Source: Leeuwenhoekiella sp.
GTDB taxonomy: Bacteria; Bacteroidota; Bacteroidia; Flavobacteriales; Flavobacteriaceae
Assembly (NCBI RefSeq): GCF_002708845.1
Contig: NZ_PAPI01000035.1
Strand: one strand, 5' to 3'
Length of the DNA: 64,000 nt
The notes under the pieces are model-generated. The model did not search any database, was not told the origin of the DNA, and saw nothing but the letters and a program-made list of their open reading frames with translations. Shown piece by piece: positions 1 to 9,251 of this stretch (positions within the stretch are counted from its first letter, which is position 1; each line of letters begins with the position of its first letter). Position numbers and translations under genes: made by a program.

Positions 1-7
1 TATTTTT

Positions 8-934
8 TTAGGCTGTTTCATATATTGTTTTTAAACTGACTTTAGATACTAATTGTGCGACATCCTGATTGCGCAACATACCCAGATCTTCATTGAGGCA
101 ATTTGCCGCGCCGCAAGAGACACCATACTTCGCTATTTCTTGAATAGAGGCTTTTTGAGACAACGCGTAAATTACTCCTGCGGTAAGGCAATCTCCACTA
201 CCCACTGTGCTTTTAATTTCTTTTATAGTTACATTGGCATGAAGAGTTTCACGATCTTTATGTAAATACAAACCTTCCTTACCAACAGTAAGGGCAATAA
301 GGTTTACCTTTTCTGATAATGTTGGAAAAATATCTATAAGATTTTCTGATTGTAGTAATTCAGATGCTTCATGCTGATTGAGATGTAAGCCAAAGAAAGA
401 AGTTTTCAGTAAATTTTTCAGTTGTAAGCCTGAACAATCTGCAATTAGCTTTTTGTGGTATTTGTTAGCTAATTCAGCCAATTGCAGATAGCCATCATCA
501 GGCGCTCCATTTGGCAGGGAGCCGCTGATATTGATATACTCAACCAGCTGAATCTCTTCAGTATAAATTTTTAAAAAAGTCTCCCAGTTATCGGGGTCTA
601 CGTGGGGGCCTGGGGTAAGTAGTTCAGTGTTATTAGTATTTTGATCAGTAGATCTAAAAGTATAGCAGGTGCGCGTTTCCCCGTTAAGATTTACTCCTGT
701 AGTGTCGATACCTTTGCTTTCAAGCTGATCACGAAGAAAGTTCCCTCTACTTCCTGCCCAGAAACCTAAAACCTTACATTCAGCTCCAAGTTCTGTCAAT
801 GCTAAAGCTACATGAATAGCCTTACCTCCGGCATAAGACACAGTATGGCTTACACGATTTGTCTGGCCAGTTTTTAATTGAGGTATCCAGGCATAAGTGT
901 CAATCGCAGGGTTTGGGCACACACACAGAATCAT
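8..934 (-). CDS. PfkB-family sugar-phosphate kinase, probably tagatose-6-phosphate kinase / 1-phosphofructokinase type
   Basis: 308 aa ORF with ribokinase/PfkB layout and the C-terminal TVGSGDCLTAG motif. Its start lies 3 nt after the stop of the agaS-like gene, so they form an operon. The tagatose-6-P role is inferred from that context only. Confidence 0.75.
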   Translation of the reverse strand: MILCVCPNPAIDTYAWIPQLKTGQTNRVSHTVSYAGGKAIHVALALTELGAECKVLGFWAGSRGNFLRDQLESKGIDTTGVNLNGETRTCYTFRSTDQNTNNTELLTPGPHVDPDNWETFLKIYTEEIQLVEYINISGSLPNGAPDDGYLQLAELANKYHKKLIADCSGLQLKNLLKTSFFGLHLNQHEASELLQSENLIDIFPTLSEKVNLIALTVGKEGLYLHKDRETLHANVTIKEIKSTVGSGDCLTAGVIYALSQKASIQEIAKYGVSCGAANCLNEDLGMLRNQDVAQLVSKVSLKTIYETA

Positions 935-937
935 AGT

Positions 938-2074
938 TTATTCGTAAATATTAACACCTTCTACAACGCGGCTTATAGCTCCGCTTACAGAAGGATTGTC
1001 AGGGTTGAGACTTAGATTTAAAGATTTGAAGAAACCCAATAACTGCCCTATAAGGGCGTAGGGTAAAATATACAGACCATTAGTGTTGTATAAGGTTTTT
1101 CCAAAAGAAGCAATAGTATTTTTAAGATCTTTATGGCTGTCACAGCCCATACATATAGCAGGAATGTGACGAGCGTCTTTAGCAATACTTTTTATCAGAT
1201 CATTTTCATAAAGCTTGGTGTGCTTATCGTCTGCGGTAAGATAAATAAGTAAAGCGTCCTCGTTAGCAACAACTCTGGGGCCGTGTCTAAAACCTAAAAA
1301 AGAATCATGTTTGCAAACAATTTGGCCATCAGTAAGTTCCTGAAGTTTGAGATGGCATTCACGAGCGATTCCTAAAGCTGGTCCAGATCCTAAAAATATG
1401 GCACGGCTAAAATTCAACCCAGCTATTTTTTGTATGTCTGCAGCAGCGCTAAGTACTTCTGATGCTTGATGAGCGATATTTGTGACAACTTCATACTTAG
1501 CCTTCAAATGTTCTAAATCAAAAATCAGCAGGCTGCTCAGTAGCATAGAGGTAAAACTTCCGGTCATAGCCAGTCCTTTGTCATTACTGCTTTCAGGAAG
1601 GATAAGACTGTAAGAATGTTTGCTTTTACGTCCGTACTCGGCAACTTCACCGTCTTTGTTGCAAGTAATTAATATATGATTAATAACACGGCAGTGAGAA
1701 TCAAGTAGGCGAATGGCCTCTACGCTTTCTGGGCTATTACCTGAGCGTGCAAAAGATATGGCCAGAGTAGGAATGTTTTGCAGTAATGCATTTTGCGGAT
1801 GCGTAACGAGATCAGTTGTTGCAATGGCCTGTGTTAGACTTCCGGTTTGCATTTGAATAATGCCTTGTGCAGCTTCGCCAATAAATGCTGAAGAGCCAGC
1901 ACCGGTAAGAATGATACGTAAGTTTTTTTGTGCCAAAATAGGCTTAAGAAAGTGCTGGAGCTGTTCTTTTTGGCTTTTTATAAGGGAATAAACTTCCATC
2001 CACAAAGCGGGCTGCGCAAAAATTTCACTATAGGTGTTGCTATTTTTTATGCTTTCGATTGTTTTTGTATTCAT
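938..2074 (-). CDS. agaS: SIS-domain galactosamine-6-phosphate deaminase/isomerase (AgaS-like)
   Basis: 378 aa with two SIS halves. The motifs NLRIILTGAGSSAFIG, ISFARSGNSPESV, FRHGPR and C-terminal SGAISRVVEGVNIY match my memory of E. coli AgaS closely. Confidence 0.85.
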   Translation of the reverse strand: MNTKTIESIKNSNTYSEIFAQPALWMEVYSLIKSQKEQLQHFLKPILAQKNLRIILTGAGSSAFIGEAAQGIIQMQTGSLTQAIATTDLVTHPQNALLQNIPTLAISFARSGNSPESVEAIRLLDSHCRVINHILITCNKDGEVAEYGRKSKHSYSLILPESSNDKGLAMTGSFTSMLLSSLLIFDLEHLKAKYEVVTNIAHQASEVLSAAADIQKIAGLNFSRAIFLGSGPALGIARECHLKLQELTDGQIVCKHDSFLGFRHGPRVVANEDALLIYLTADDKHTKLYENDLIKSIAKDARHIPAICMGCDSHKDLKNTIASFGKTLYNTNGLYILPYALIGQLLGFFKSLNLSLNPDNPSVSGAISRVVEGVNIYE

Positions 2075-2170
2075 AACATATAAAGACTACTTCAGTATAG
2101 ACAATCCCAATGAAAGATTAATTTTTTTGAAACGCTATTACCTCATTTAATGATTCAAAGAAATAAAAAT

Positions 2171-2198
2171 AAAACGAAATAAAAAAATCTTTCGATAT
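2171..2198. promoter_or_regulatory. Candidate operator, copy A of a repeated PUL motif (AAAACGAAA-N10-TTTCGATAT)
   Basis: Sits in the divergent agaS / SSF-transporter intergenic region. The same two 9-mers recur at 4441-4466 upstream of susC. CGAAA and TTTCG form an inverted pair. Confidence 0.45.
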
Positions 2199-2389
2199 TT
2201 TTATTTTCTTACATTTACTTTTGATTTATAGCCATAAGATACTTTTAAAGAAAAAATTTAGTTTAATAATAAGGCAAAGAAAATCATGTTTTTATGCATT
2301 TGTATTATTCACTTTAATTTAATTAAGCCTGATCATTTGCAGGTATACTGGTCTTAAAAAAAGATATATTAAACCTAATATTTAGAATT

Positions 2390-4228
2390 ATGATTGATTT
2401 AAATATGCTAGACTACCTATTTATATTCGGCTTTTTTGCTGTTACCTTGGGTATAGGCTTTTATGTTTCTAAAAAATCGGGTAAGAGTTCGTCTGAATAT
2501 TTCCTTTCGGGTCGTACGATGCCGTGGTGGTTGCTTGGGGTTTCTATGGTGGCGACCACTTTTTCTACAGATACACCGAATTTGGTCACTGATATTGTTC
2601 GTAATAAGGGGGTTTCGGGTAATTGGGTTTGGTGGGCTTTTTTAATTACAGGTCTACTTACTGTCTTTGTTTATGCGAAACTATGGCGCCGCTCTGGTGT
2701 TGCTACTGACATTGAATTTTATGAGTTGCGGTATGGTGGCAAACCGGCTAGATTTTTAAGAGGATTTCGATCGGTCTATTTAGGGGTTGTTTTTAACGTA
2801 TTGGCGATGAGCGCGGTTACTCTTGCTGCAATTAAAATCGGTCAGGTTATGTTAGGGCTTAGTCCTATTGCGGTTGTAGGTATCGCAGGCTTGGTGACGG
2901 TAATTTTTAGTACAGTGGGCGGTTTTAAGGGAGTGGTTTATACCGATTTTATTCTCTTTTTTGTTGCAATGGCCGGTGGTATTGGAGCTGCATACTATTT
3001 GGTAAACATTCCTGAGGTGGGAGGTATTTCTCAATTGCTCAGCCATGAGGAAGTATCTCAAAAATTAAATATCCTGCCGGATATTAATGATACCGGCACC
3101 TTGATAACTCTATTGATTATTCCTCTTGCGGTACAATGGTGGAGTGCCTGGTATCCAGGGGCAGAGCCCGGTGGAGGAGGATATATTGCACAGCGAATGC
3201 TTGCTGCAAAGAATGAAAACCACGCAATAGGAGCAACGTTTTTCTTTAATATTCTGCACTATGCACTAAGACCCTGGCCGTGGATTTTGGTGGCTTTGGC
3301 TTCGTTGGTTGTCTATCCTGATATCGCCAGCATTAAAGACGCCTTTCCTAATGTCGCTGAAAGTAAACTAGGGGATGATCTGGCCTATTCGGCAATGCTT
3401 ACTAAACTTCCAAATGGCCTTTTAGGTGTTGTGTTGACCTCACTAATAGCCGCTTATATGTCTACTATATCAACACATCTAAACTGGGGTTCTTCTTATG
3501 TGGTAAATGACTTTTACGTGCAACAGATTAACAAAAATGCTTCGCAGAAGGAGCTTGTTAATGTGGGGCGAATATCAACTGTGCTGCTTATGATTATTTC
3601 TGCTGCACTGGCTTTAGTTCTAAATAATGCCCTACAGCTTTTTAATATCATTCTTATGTTTGGAGCGGGTACAGGATTGATTTTTATACTACGCTGGTTT
3701 TGGTGGCGCATCAATGCCTGGAGCGAGATAACGGCTATGTTTGTTTCTGGTGTAATAAGTATAATTTTAAATTTTACTGATGCGGGTCTCTATCTTTTTG
3801 GGGGTGTAGATGCTGTTTCCGAGCTGGCAGTTGCTGGATTATTGCCTGGATATATGACTTATCCCTTTGTAGTTCTCATAACTACGCTCAGTTGGCTTGC
3901 TGTCACGTTATTTGGTAAACCTGAAAGCGACGCCGTCCTATTTCGTTTTTACGAAAAAATTCGCCCAGGTGGACCTGGTTGGTTGCGTATTCTGAATCGT
4001 GCCAGTAAGGAAGATATATCCTTGCCGGCTCGAAACACAAAATGGAATGTTCCCGCAGGTATAGCTGCAACTTTGGTAGGCCTTATTGTGGTGTATGGAG
4101 CCCTGTTTGCAACAGGTTACTGGATTTATGGGTGGACTACGCTGGCTACTATTCTCACTATACTTACTTTGATTGCTGCAATTCTTTTGTATAAGCTTTG
4201 GTCAAAAGTTAAGGAGGTCATTTTCTAA
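2390..4228 (+). CDS. Sodium:solute symporter family (SSF) transporter
   Basis: 612 aa polytopic membrane protein with about 13-14 hydrophobic segments. It has an SSF-like N-terminus (SEYFLSGRTMPWW) and a GGGYIAQRMLA segment. The substrate (GalNAc/GalN?) is inferred from neighbours only. Confidence 0.8.
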   Translation: MIDLNMLDYLFIFGFFAVTLGIGFYVSKKSGKSSSEYFLSGRTMPWWLLGVSMVATTFSTDTPNLVTDIVRNKGVSGNWVWWAFLITGLLTVFVYAKLWRRSGVATDIEFYELRYGGKPARFLRGFRSVYLGVVFNVLAMSAVTLAAIKIGQVMLGLSPIAVVGIAGLVTVIFSTVGGFKGVVYTDFILFFVAMAGGIGAAYYLVNIPEVGGISQLLSHEEVSQKLNILPDINDTGTLITLLIIPLAVQWWSAWYPGAEPGGGGYIAQRMLAAKNENHAIGATFFFNILHYALRPWPWILVALASLVVYPDIASIKDAFPNVAESKLGDDLAYSAMLTKLPNGLLGVVLTSLIAAYMSTISTHLNWGSSYVVNDFYVQQINKNASQKELVNVGRISTVLLMIISAALALVLNNALQLFNIILMFGAGTGLIFILRWFWWRINAWSEITAMFVSGVISIILNFTDAGLYLFGGVDAVSELAVAGLLPGYMTYPFVVLITTLSWLAVTLFGKPESDAVLFRFYEKIRPGGPGWLRILNRASKEDISLPARNTKWNVPAGIAATLVGLIVVYGALFATGYWIYGWTTLATILTILTLIAAILLYKLWSKVKEVIF

Positions 4229-4440
4229 CCATCAGCTATTTACTTCCAAAAAACACATCTGTGAAATTGGCCTGATGTCTTTTTTGTTGGGAGTCCAGAA
4301 CTAAGGTGTTTTTTTGGACCCTACAATAATGCAAGGGTATAATTTGGAAAAGTTTTGTTACAGGTCAAAGATCGAAAGGATATTAATGATATCTGTAATC
4401 CTAAAACCAGTTATTATTGAAAAATAATAGCATTAAAAAG

Positions 4441-4466
4441 AAAACGAAAGAAAATTATTTCGATAT
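4441..4466. promoter_or_regulatory. Candidate operator, copy B of the repeated PUL motif (AAAACGAAA-N8-TTTCGATAT)
   Basis: Lies 113 nt upstream of the susC ATG at 4579. The flanks also resemble copy A (AAAA-g-AAAACGAAA-g-AAAA ... TTTCGATAT-a-TTTT). Confidence 0.45.
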
Positions 4467-4578
4467 ATTTTCTTTTTAATAAATAATTAATATATTAGCA
4501 GAAGTTTTGATGTCTTAGTAACAATTCAAAGAAATCTTTTGTTTGTTTTCATCAATAAATCTATTAAACTTAACAATC

Positions 4579-7500
4579 ATGATTAAAACTTTTTTTAACC
4601 TGGCGCTTATCTTTAGTTTTTGTGTTTCTGCGTTTGCTCAAACTATACAGGTGAGTGGTACTGTCACTGATTCAGACACAGGTGTTCCCATACCCGGTGT
4701 GAATGTTTCAGTAGGTGGGACGAATACTGGTGTTGTAACAGATTTTGATGGAAATTACGAAATAGCTGTGGCTCAGGACGGGATGCTGATTTTCAGCTAT
4801 GTAGGCTTTGAATCCCAAGAGATTTCCGTGGATGGAAGGACGTCAATATCGATTTCTCTAAAAAGTAGCACGTCAGAATTGGATGAGGTTGTCTTGGTTG
4901 GTTATGGTACTCAGAAAAAAAGTGATCTGGTCGGTGCGATTTCATCTGTCAAGGGAGATGAGCTGGTGCTGTCTACAGCGCCTTCTGTAGGTCAGGTTCT
5001 TCAGGGTAGAGCGGCAGGTTTGCAGATTACTCAAAACAGCGCACAACCTGGTGGGGGTCTTGATATTGTGATACGTGGTGCGGCATCTATAAATGCAAGT
5101 AATCAACCGCTTGTAGTTGTTGATGGTTTTCCTTTGGATGAAAACAATTTTGGTCAGCCTTCTAATGGTAACCGTTATAGTGGTGGTACACAGGGAATTT
5201 TGAATTCTTTTAACCCCAATGATATTGAATCTATTGAAGTCCTTAAAGATGCCAGTGCAACGGCAATATACGGAGCACGGGCTGCGAATGGAGTAATTTT
5301 AATTACAACCAAGAAAGGTATAGAAGGAGATGTACAGGTAAGTTACTCAGGTTCTTATTCTTACCAGGCTTACAAAGACGAGGATTATGATGTTTTTAAG
5401 CTTAAAGAATGGAAACAGCTGAGGAATGAAGCTGCTTTTGAAAACTGGGCATTTCAAAATCGGGTTTTTCCTTACAGTGATAGAACTTTAGAGGAAGCAA
5501 TTGCAGATCCTGTTAATGGAGTTGAATTTAGAAGATATTATTCTGATGAAAATATACGTAATAGTGGCCCGGGTACTGACTGGTTGGGTTTGGTTACCCG
5601 TGATGGAGGAATACAGCAACATAATCTTTCATTGAGAGGTGGAAGCGCTAAAACAAAGTACTTCCTTTCAGGTAATATATTTGAGAATAAGGGTATTATT
5701 AAAAAGTCCGCGTTTGACCGGGTATCCCTTCGCTTCAATCTGGATCAGGAAGTTAATGATTATCTAAAGCTTGGTTTAAACCTTACAAAAAGTAAGATTA
5801 ATAATAATAACTCTCAATTATCTACTCGCGAATTATCGCAGTCGGGTATTGATGGTTTTGAGAATTCAGGAATCATTCGTGCTGCAATCCAGCAGGGACC
5901 GCAAATTGAGGCTATAGATGAAGATGGCAACTACCCACTCAACCCAGACAGTGCGGTTGAACCAAATCCATTTTCATTACTAAATATTACCGATCAAGGT
6001 ACTGTTGATCGCACTTTAGCAAATTTTTATCTAGAGCTTAAACCTATAGATCAAATACTATTTAGAGCTCAGTATGGTGTAGATCAAGGGTTTAGCGACA
6101 GAAGGTCTTATTTGCCTACTTCAATCTATGCAGGAGCACTTGAGAATGGAAGGGCAGATATTGCTAATCAGAAAAAAAATGATGATTTGGTAGACCTTAC
6201 TCTTACCTACGATGATATCTATGCAGATAAGCATCAATTAACCGTTCTGCTTGGTTTTTCAAGACAGAAATTTAGATCAGAAGGTTCAAGTGCTACTGCA
6301 TCTAATTTTATAACCGACGCGTTTTTGGCTAACAATTTGGGTACCGGAGCAAACAGGCCAATTGTATCTTCCTTCAATGGTGAATATGGCTTCATATCTT
6401 ATTTCACTAGATTGAATTACATTTTTGACGACAAATATATTTTCACCGGAACATTAAGACGTGATGGTGCAAGTGTATTTGCAGAGAACAACCGTTATGG
6501 GTTTTTCCCTTCTGCAGCAATAGGTTGGAAAATTTCTGAAGAATCTTTTATGGAGCCTTTAAGAGAAACACTTTCACAATTGAAATTGCGTGTAAGTTAT
6601 GGTGAAACCGGAAACTCGAGTGGTCTTACGGGTAATGCCTTTGCAGCACTTAGAGCAGGGCCGGCTTACCTGGGTCCTGATGAGTCGGTACTTACGGGAG
6701 TTTTCCCTTTTAGACTTGCAAACCCAGATTTAAAATGGGAAACCACTACTGAGACTAATCTGGGTCTGGATTTTGGCCTTTGGAACAATAGGGTCTATGG
6801 AAGCTTAGAGTTTTACTATCGTGAAGTTTCAGACCTTTTGCAATCAAAACCGATTAACTCCTATAATGCAGTTGGACAGGTGCTTGCAAACGTTGGTACT
6901 ACTGAAGGAAAAGGTTTTGAGTTTACGCTCAACTCCAATAATATTAGCACACAAAATTTCAAGTGGAAAAGTATTTTTACATTTTCAACGTATAAAAACA
7001 ACTGGAAAGAACGCGCACCAGATTTTAAACCTGCTGTGTACCAAAGCGATACAGACCCTATACGTGCTCGCTATTCTTATATTGCTGATGGTATAATGCA
7101 AGTAGGCGAAGAGGTGCCTGCTCAACCAGACTTGTTTCCAGGTATGATTAAAATTAAAGACCTTAACGGTTTTGAGCGCGACGATGCAGGTAATCCTGCA
7201 GTTGATGAAAACGGAAGATTTTTAAGAACCGGTGCGCCAGACGGCATAATAGACGAAGCAGATATTGTACTTCTTGGTTCTACAGATCCTGATGTAACTG
7301 CCGGTTTAGCTAATATCATTACCTTCAAGAATTTTGAACTTAATCTGCAGTTTAATGGGATGTTTGGACGACAAATTACCGATTTAACAGATTTTAGTTA
7401 CGGTGTAAGTGCATACGGTGTAGCAGTTAATGGTAGAAATGCTTTAAGAAGTGTAAATGAACGCTGGACTCCTGAGAACCCCTCAACCACCAGACCGGCT

Positions 7501-7764
7501 TCGCATTTTGGATTTTCCAGATATGGCTCTGGAGATTTTTTCCTTCAGGATGCCTGGTTCATAAGGTTGCAATATGCATCACTTAGTTACCGCCTGCCTC
7601 AGGAATGGTTTGGTAATCTTTTAAACAGTGCAGCCCTTAGATTGGATGGAACGAATCTTTTCGTGATTACTCCGTATAAAGGGATTGACCCGGAGACAGA
7701 TGCTTATACGGCGGCATACCCTAATGTTAGAACCTTCACCTTAGGCCTGGATATTAAATTCTAA
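4579..7764 (+). CDS. susC: SusC/RagA-family TonB-linked outer membrane transporter
   Basis: Signal peptide (MIKTFFNLALIFSFCVSAFA) followed by a carboxypeptidase-regulatory-like domain (GTVTDSDTGVPIPGVNV...TDFDGNYEI). It also has DEVVLVGYGTQKK, a plug segment (ATAIYGARAANGVILITTKKG) and a C-terminal beta-barrel ending in F. I prefer ATG 4579 over the ORF-track TTG at 4543. Confidence 0.93.
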   Translation: MIKTFFNLALIFSFCVSAFAQTIQVSGTVTDSDTGVPIPGVNVSVGGTNTGVVTDFDGNYEIAVAQDGMLIFSYVGFESQEISVDGRTSISISLKSSTSELDEVVLVGYGTQKKSDLVGAISSVKGDELVLSTAPSVGQVLQGRAAGLQITQNSAQPGGGLDIVIRGAASINASNQPLVVVDGFPLDENNFGQPSNGNRYSGGTQGILNSFNPNDIESIEVLKDASATAIYGARAANGVILITTKKGIEGDVQVSYSGSYSYQAYKDEDYDVFKLKEWKQLRNEAAFENWAFQNRVFPYSDRTLEEAIADPVNGVEFRRYYSDENIRNSGPGTDWLGLVTRDGGIQQHNLSLRGGSAKTKYFLSGNIFENKGIIKKSAFDRVSLRFNLDQEVNDYLKLGLNLTKSKINNNNSQLSTRELSQSGIDGFENSGIIRAAIQQGPQIEAIDEDGNYPLNPDSAVEPNPFSLLNITDQGTVDRTLANFYLELKPIDQILFRAQYGVDQGFSDRRSYLPTSIYAGALENGRADIANQKKNDDLVDLTLTYDDIYADKHQLTVLLGFSRQKFRSEGSSATASNFITDAFLANNLGTGANRPIVSSFNGEYGFISYFTRLNYIFDDKYIFTGTLRRDGASVFAENNRYGFFPSAAIGWKISEESFMEPLRETLSQLKLRVSYGETGNSSGLTGNAFAALRAGPAYLGPDESVLTGVFPFRLANPDLKWETTTETNLGLDFGLWNNRVYGSLEFYYREVSDLLQSKPINSYNAVGQVLANVGTTEGKGFEFTLNSNNISTQNFKWKSIFTFSTYKNNWKERAPDFKPAVYQSDTDPIRARYSYIADGIMQVGEEVPAQPDLFPGMIKIKDLNGFERDDAGNPAVDENGRFLRTGAPDGIIDEADIVLLGSTDPDVTAGLANIITFKNFELNLQFNGMFGRQITDLTDFSYGVSAYGVAVNGRNALRSVNERWTPENPSTTRPASHFGFSRYGSGDFFLQDAWFIRLQYASLSYRLPQEWFGNLLNSAALRLDGTNLFVITPYKGIDPETDAYTAAYPNVRTFTLGLDIKF

Positions 7765-7774
7765 AAAAAACATT

Positions 7775-9247
7775 ATGAAAAAAGTATATATCTATTTTCT
7801 AAGCATACTCAGCGTTTTTACGATAAGCTGTGATGACGTGCTAGATCCAGTTAATTATGATGAAATCAATCCAAGCATATTTCCCGCATCTGAAGCGGAT
7901 GTAGATGCACTGGTTTTTGCATCATATTATCCGTTAAGAGGTTCTTATGGCAATGGTATTCATACAACCTCTGAGAATGGAATTATGTTTATCTCAGATG
8001 CTACCACCGAAATTTTACAGGGCCCTTATGGCCTTCAGCAGGAAGCGACTTTACACAGTTGGAATCCTTCAACTACTGGTGTTACACGATTTTATGATGT
8101 GTTTTACAATCAAATCAGCAATATGACTTTAAATATTGATCTGATCCAAAATTCTTCCGTTCCTGAAAATGCAAAGCAGCGCGCCATTGCTGAGATACGA
8201 TGTGCCCGTGGTTTATTGGCGTATGAATTATTTGATTTTTATGGGCCTTTAGTAATTGCTCCTCTAGATGTTCTATTGAACCCTTTAGAAGAAGCTCCAC
8301 TGGCCAGATTGAGCAACGAAGAAACCGTTAGCTTTATTGAAGCAGATCTTCTAGCGGCTGCAGCAGACTTACCCGGACCTGAAGATACTGATTATGGAAG
8401 GTTTAGCAATGCAACAGCACATATGTTACTCATTAGACTTTACCTTCATGAAAAAAGATGGGCAGATGTAGAAACACAGGCCGATGCAATTATGAATATG
8501 AATTATTTTGAGCTTGAGGACGATTATGTAGGCCTTTGGGATGTTGAAGCACCCACTGACAGTAAAGAAGTGATCTGGTCTATTCCTGCAGATTATGCAG
8601 GTACCAGTGAAAACCAATGGCAACTTATGGTATTGCCTAACAATTTTCCCGGTAAGAGCGGTTATGGAACAATCCAAAGTTCGTGGTACTTCTATGATTC
8701 TTTTGAAGAATCTGATATCAGGAAGACAAACCTTATTGCAGAATATACAGGTACAGATGGGATAACGTACAATCGTGATAATCCCGGAAACCGAATGCAG
8801 TTGGGGCCGTTGCCGCTAAAAATAAATCAGGATTTAGATCGTACTACTGCATTAACAACGGTAGATATCATTATGTATCGATATGCTGATGTTATTTTAT
8901 CAAAAGCAGAAGCAATAGCGAACAGTTCAGGAGGACCTAATCAGGAAGCTATAGATTTAATCAATATCGTAAGACGGCGCGCCCAAATAAGTGAGGTCAC
9001 TCTGGATCAATATCCTGATTTAGATAGTTTTAATGATTTGGTGCTGCTTGAACGCTCGCACGAGTACTGGTGCGAGAACGGGCAATACCGGTCAGACCTT
9101 ATAAGACACGGTAAGTTTGTAGAGCGCTGTAACGAATTGAATGGCGTTGCCAGTCAAAGTGCGCCTTACAAGACAGTTTTTCCTTTTTCGTTGGCACGTA
9201 TTAGTGAAGGTAAAGGAGCTTTTATTCAAAACCCGGGATATAACTAA
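7775..9247 (+). CDS. susD: SusD/RagB-family nutrient-binding outer membrane lipoprotein
   Basis: Starts 10 nt after susC. It has a lipoprotein signal (…VFTISC|DD), 490 aa length and SusD-like TPR-rich composition, with a typical C-terminus (…NPGYN). Confidence 0.9.
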   Translation: MKKVYIYFLSILSVFTISCDDVLDPVNYDEINPSIFPASEADVDALVFASYYPLRGSYGNGIHTTSENGIMFISDATTEILQGPYGLQQEATLHSWNPSTTGVTRFYDVFYNQISNMTLNIDLIQNSSVPENAKQRAIAEIRCARGLLAYELFDFYGPLVIAPLDVLLNPLEEAPLARLSNEETVSFIEADLLAAAADLPGPEDTDYGRFSNATAHMLLIRLYLHEKRWADVETQADAIMNMNYFELEDDYVGLWDVEAPTDSKEVIWSIPADYAGTSENQWQLMVLPNNFPGKSGYGTIQSSWYFYDSFEESDIRKTNLIAEYTGTDGITYNRDNPGNRMQLGPLPLKINQDLDRTTALTTVDIIMYRYADVILSKAEAIANSSGGPNQEAIDLINIVRRRAQISEVTLDQYPDLDSFNDLVLLERSHEYWCENGQYRSDLIRHGKFVERCNELNGVASQSAPYKTVFPFSLARISEGKGAFIQNPGYN

Positions 9248-9251
9248 AATT

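Noticed and set aside
4543-4578. ORF-track 5' extensions: susC (TTG 4543), DUF4832-like gene (9141), sensor (TTG 15959), response regulator (17741), DUF1440-like gene (22575), GluTR-N-like gene (23213), sucA (50541) and the small W/H-rich protein (56748).
   Set aside because: In each case an internal ATG gives a proper signal peptide or a canonical N-terminus. The internal start also removes a long overlap with the upstream gene or with a promoter element, so the shorter starts were used in the feature table.
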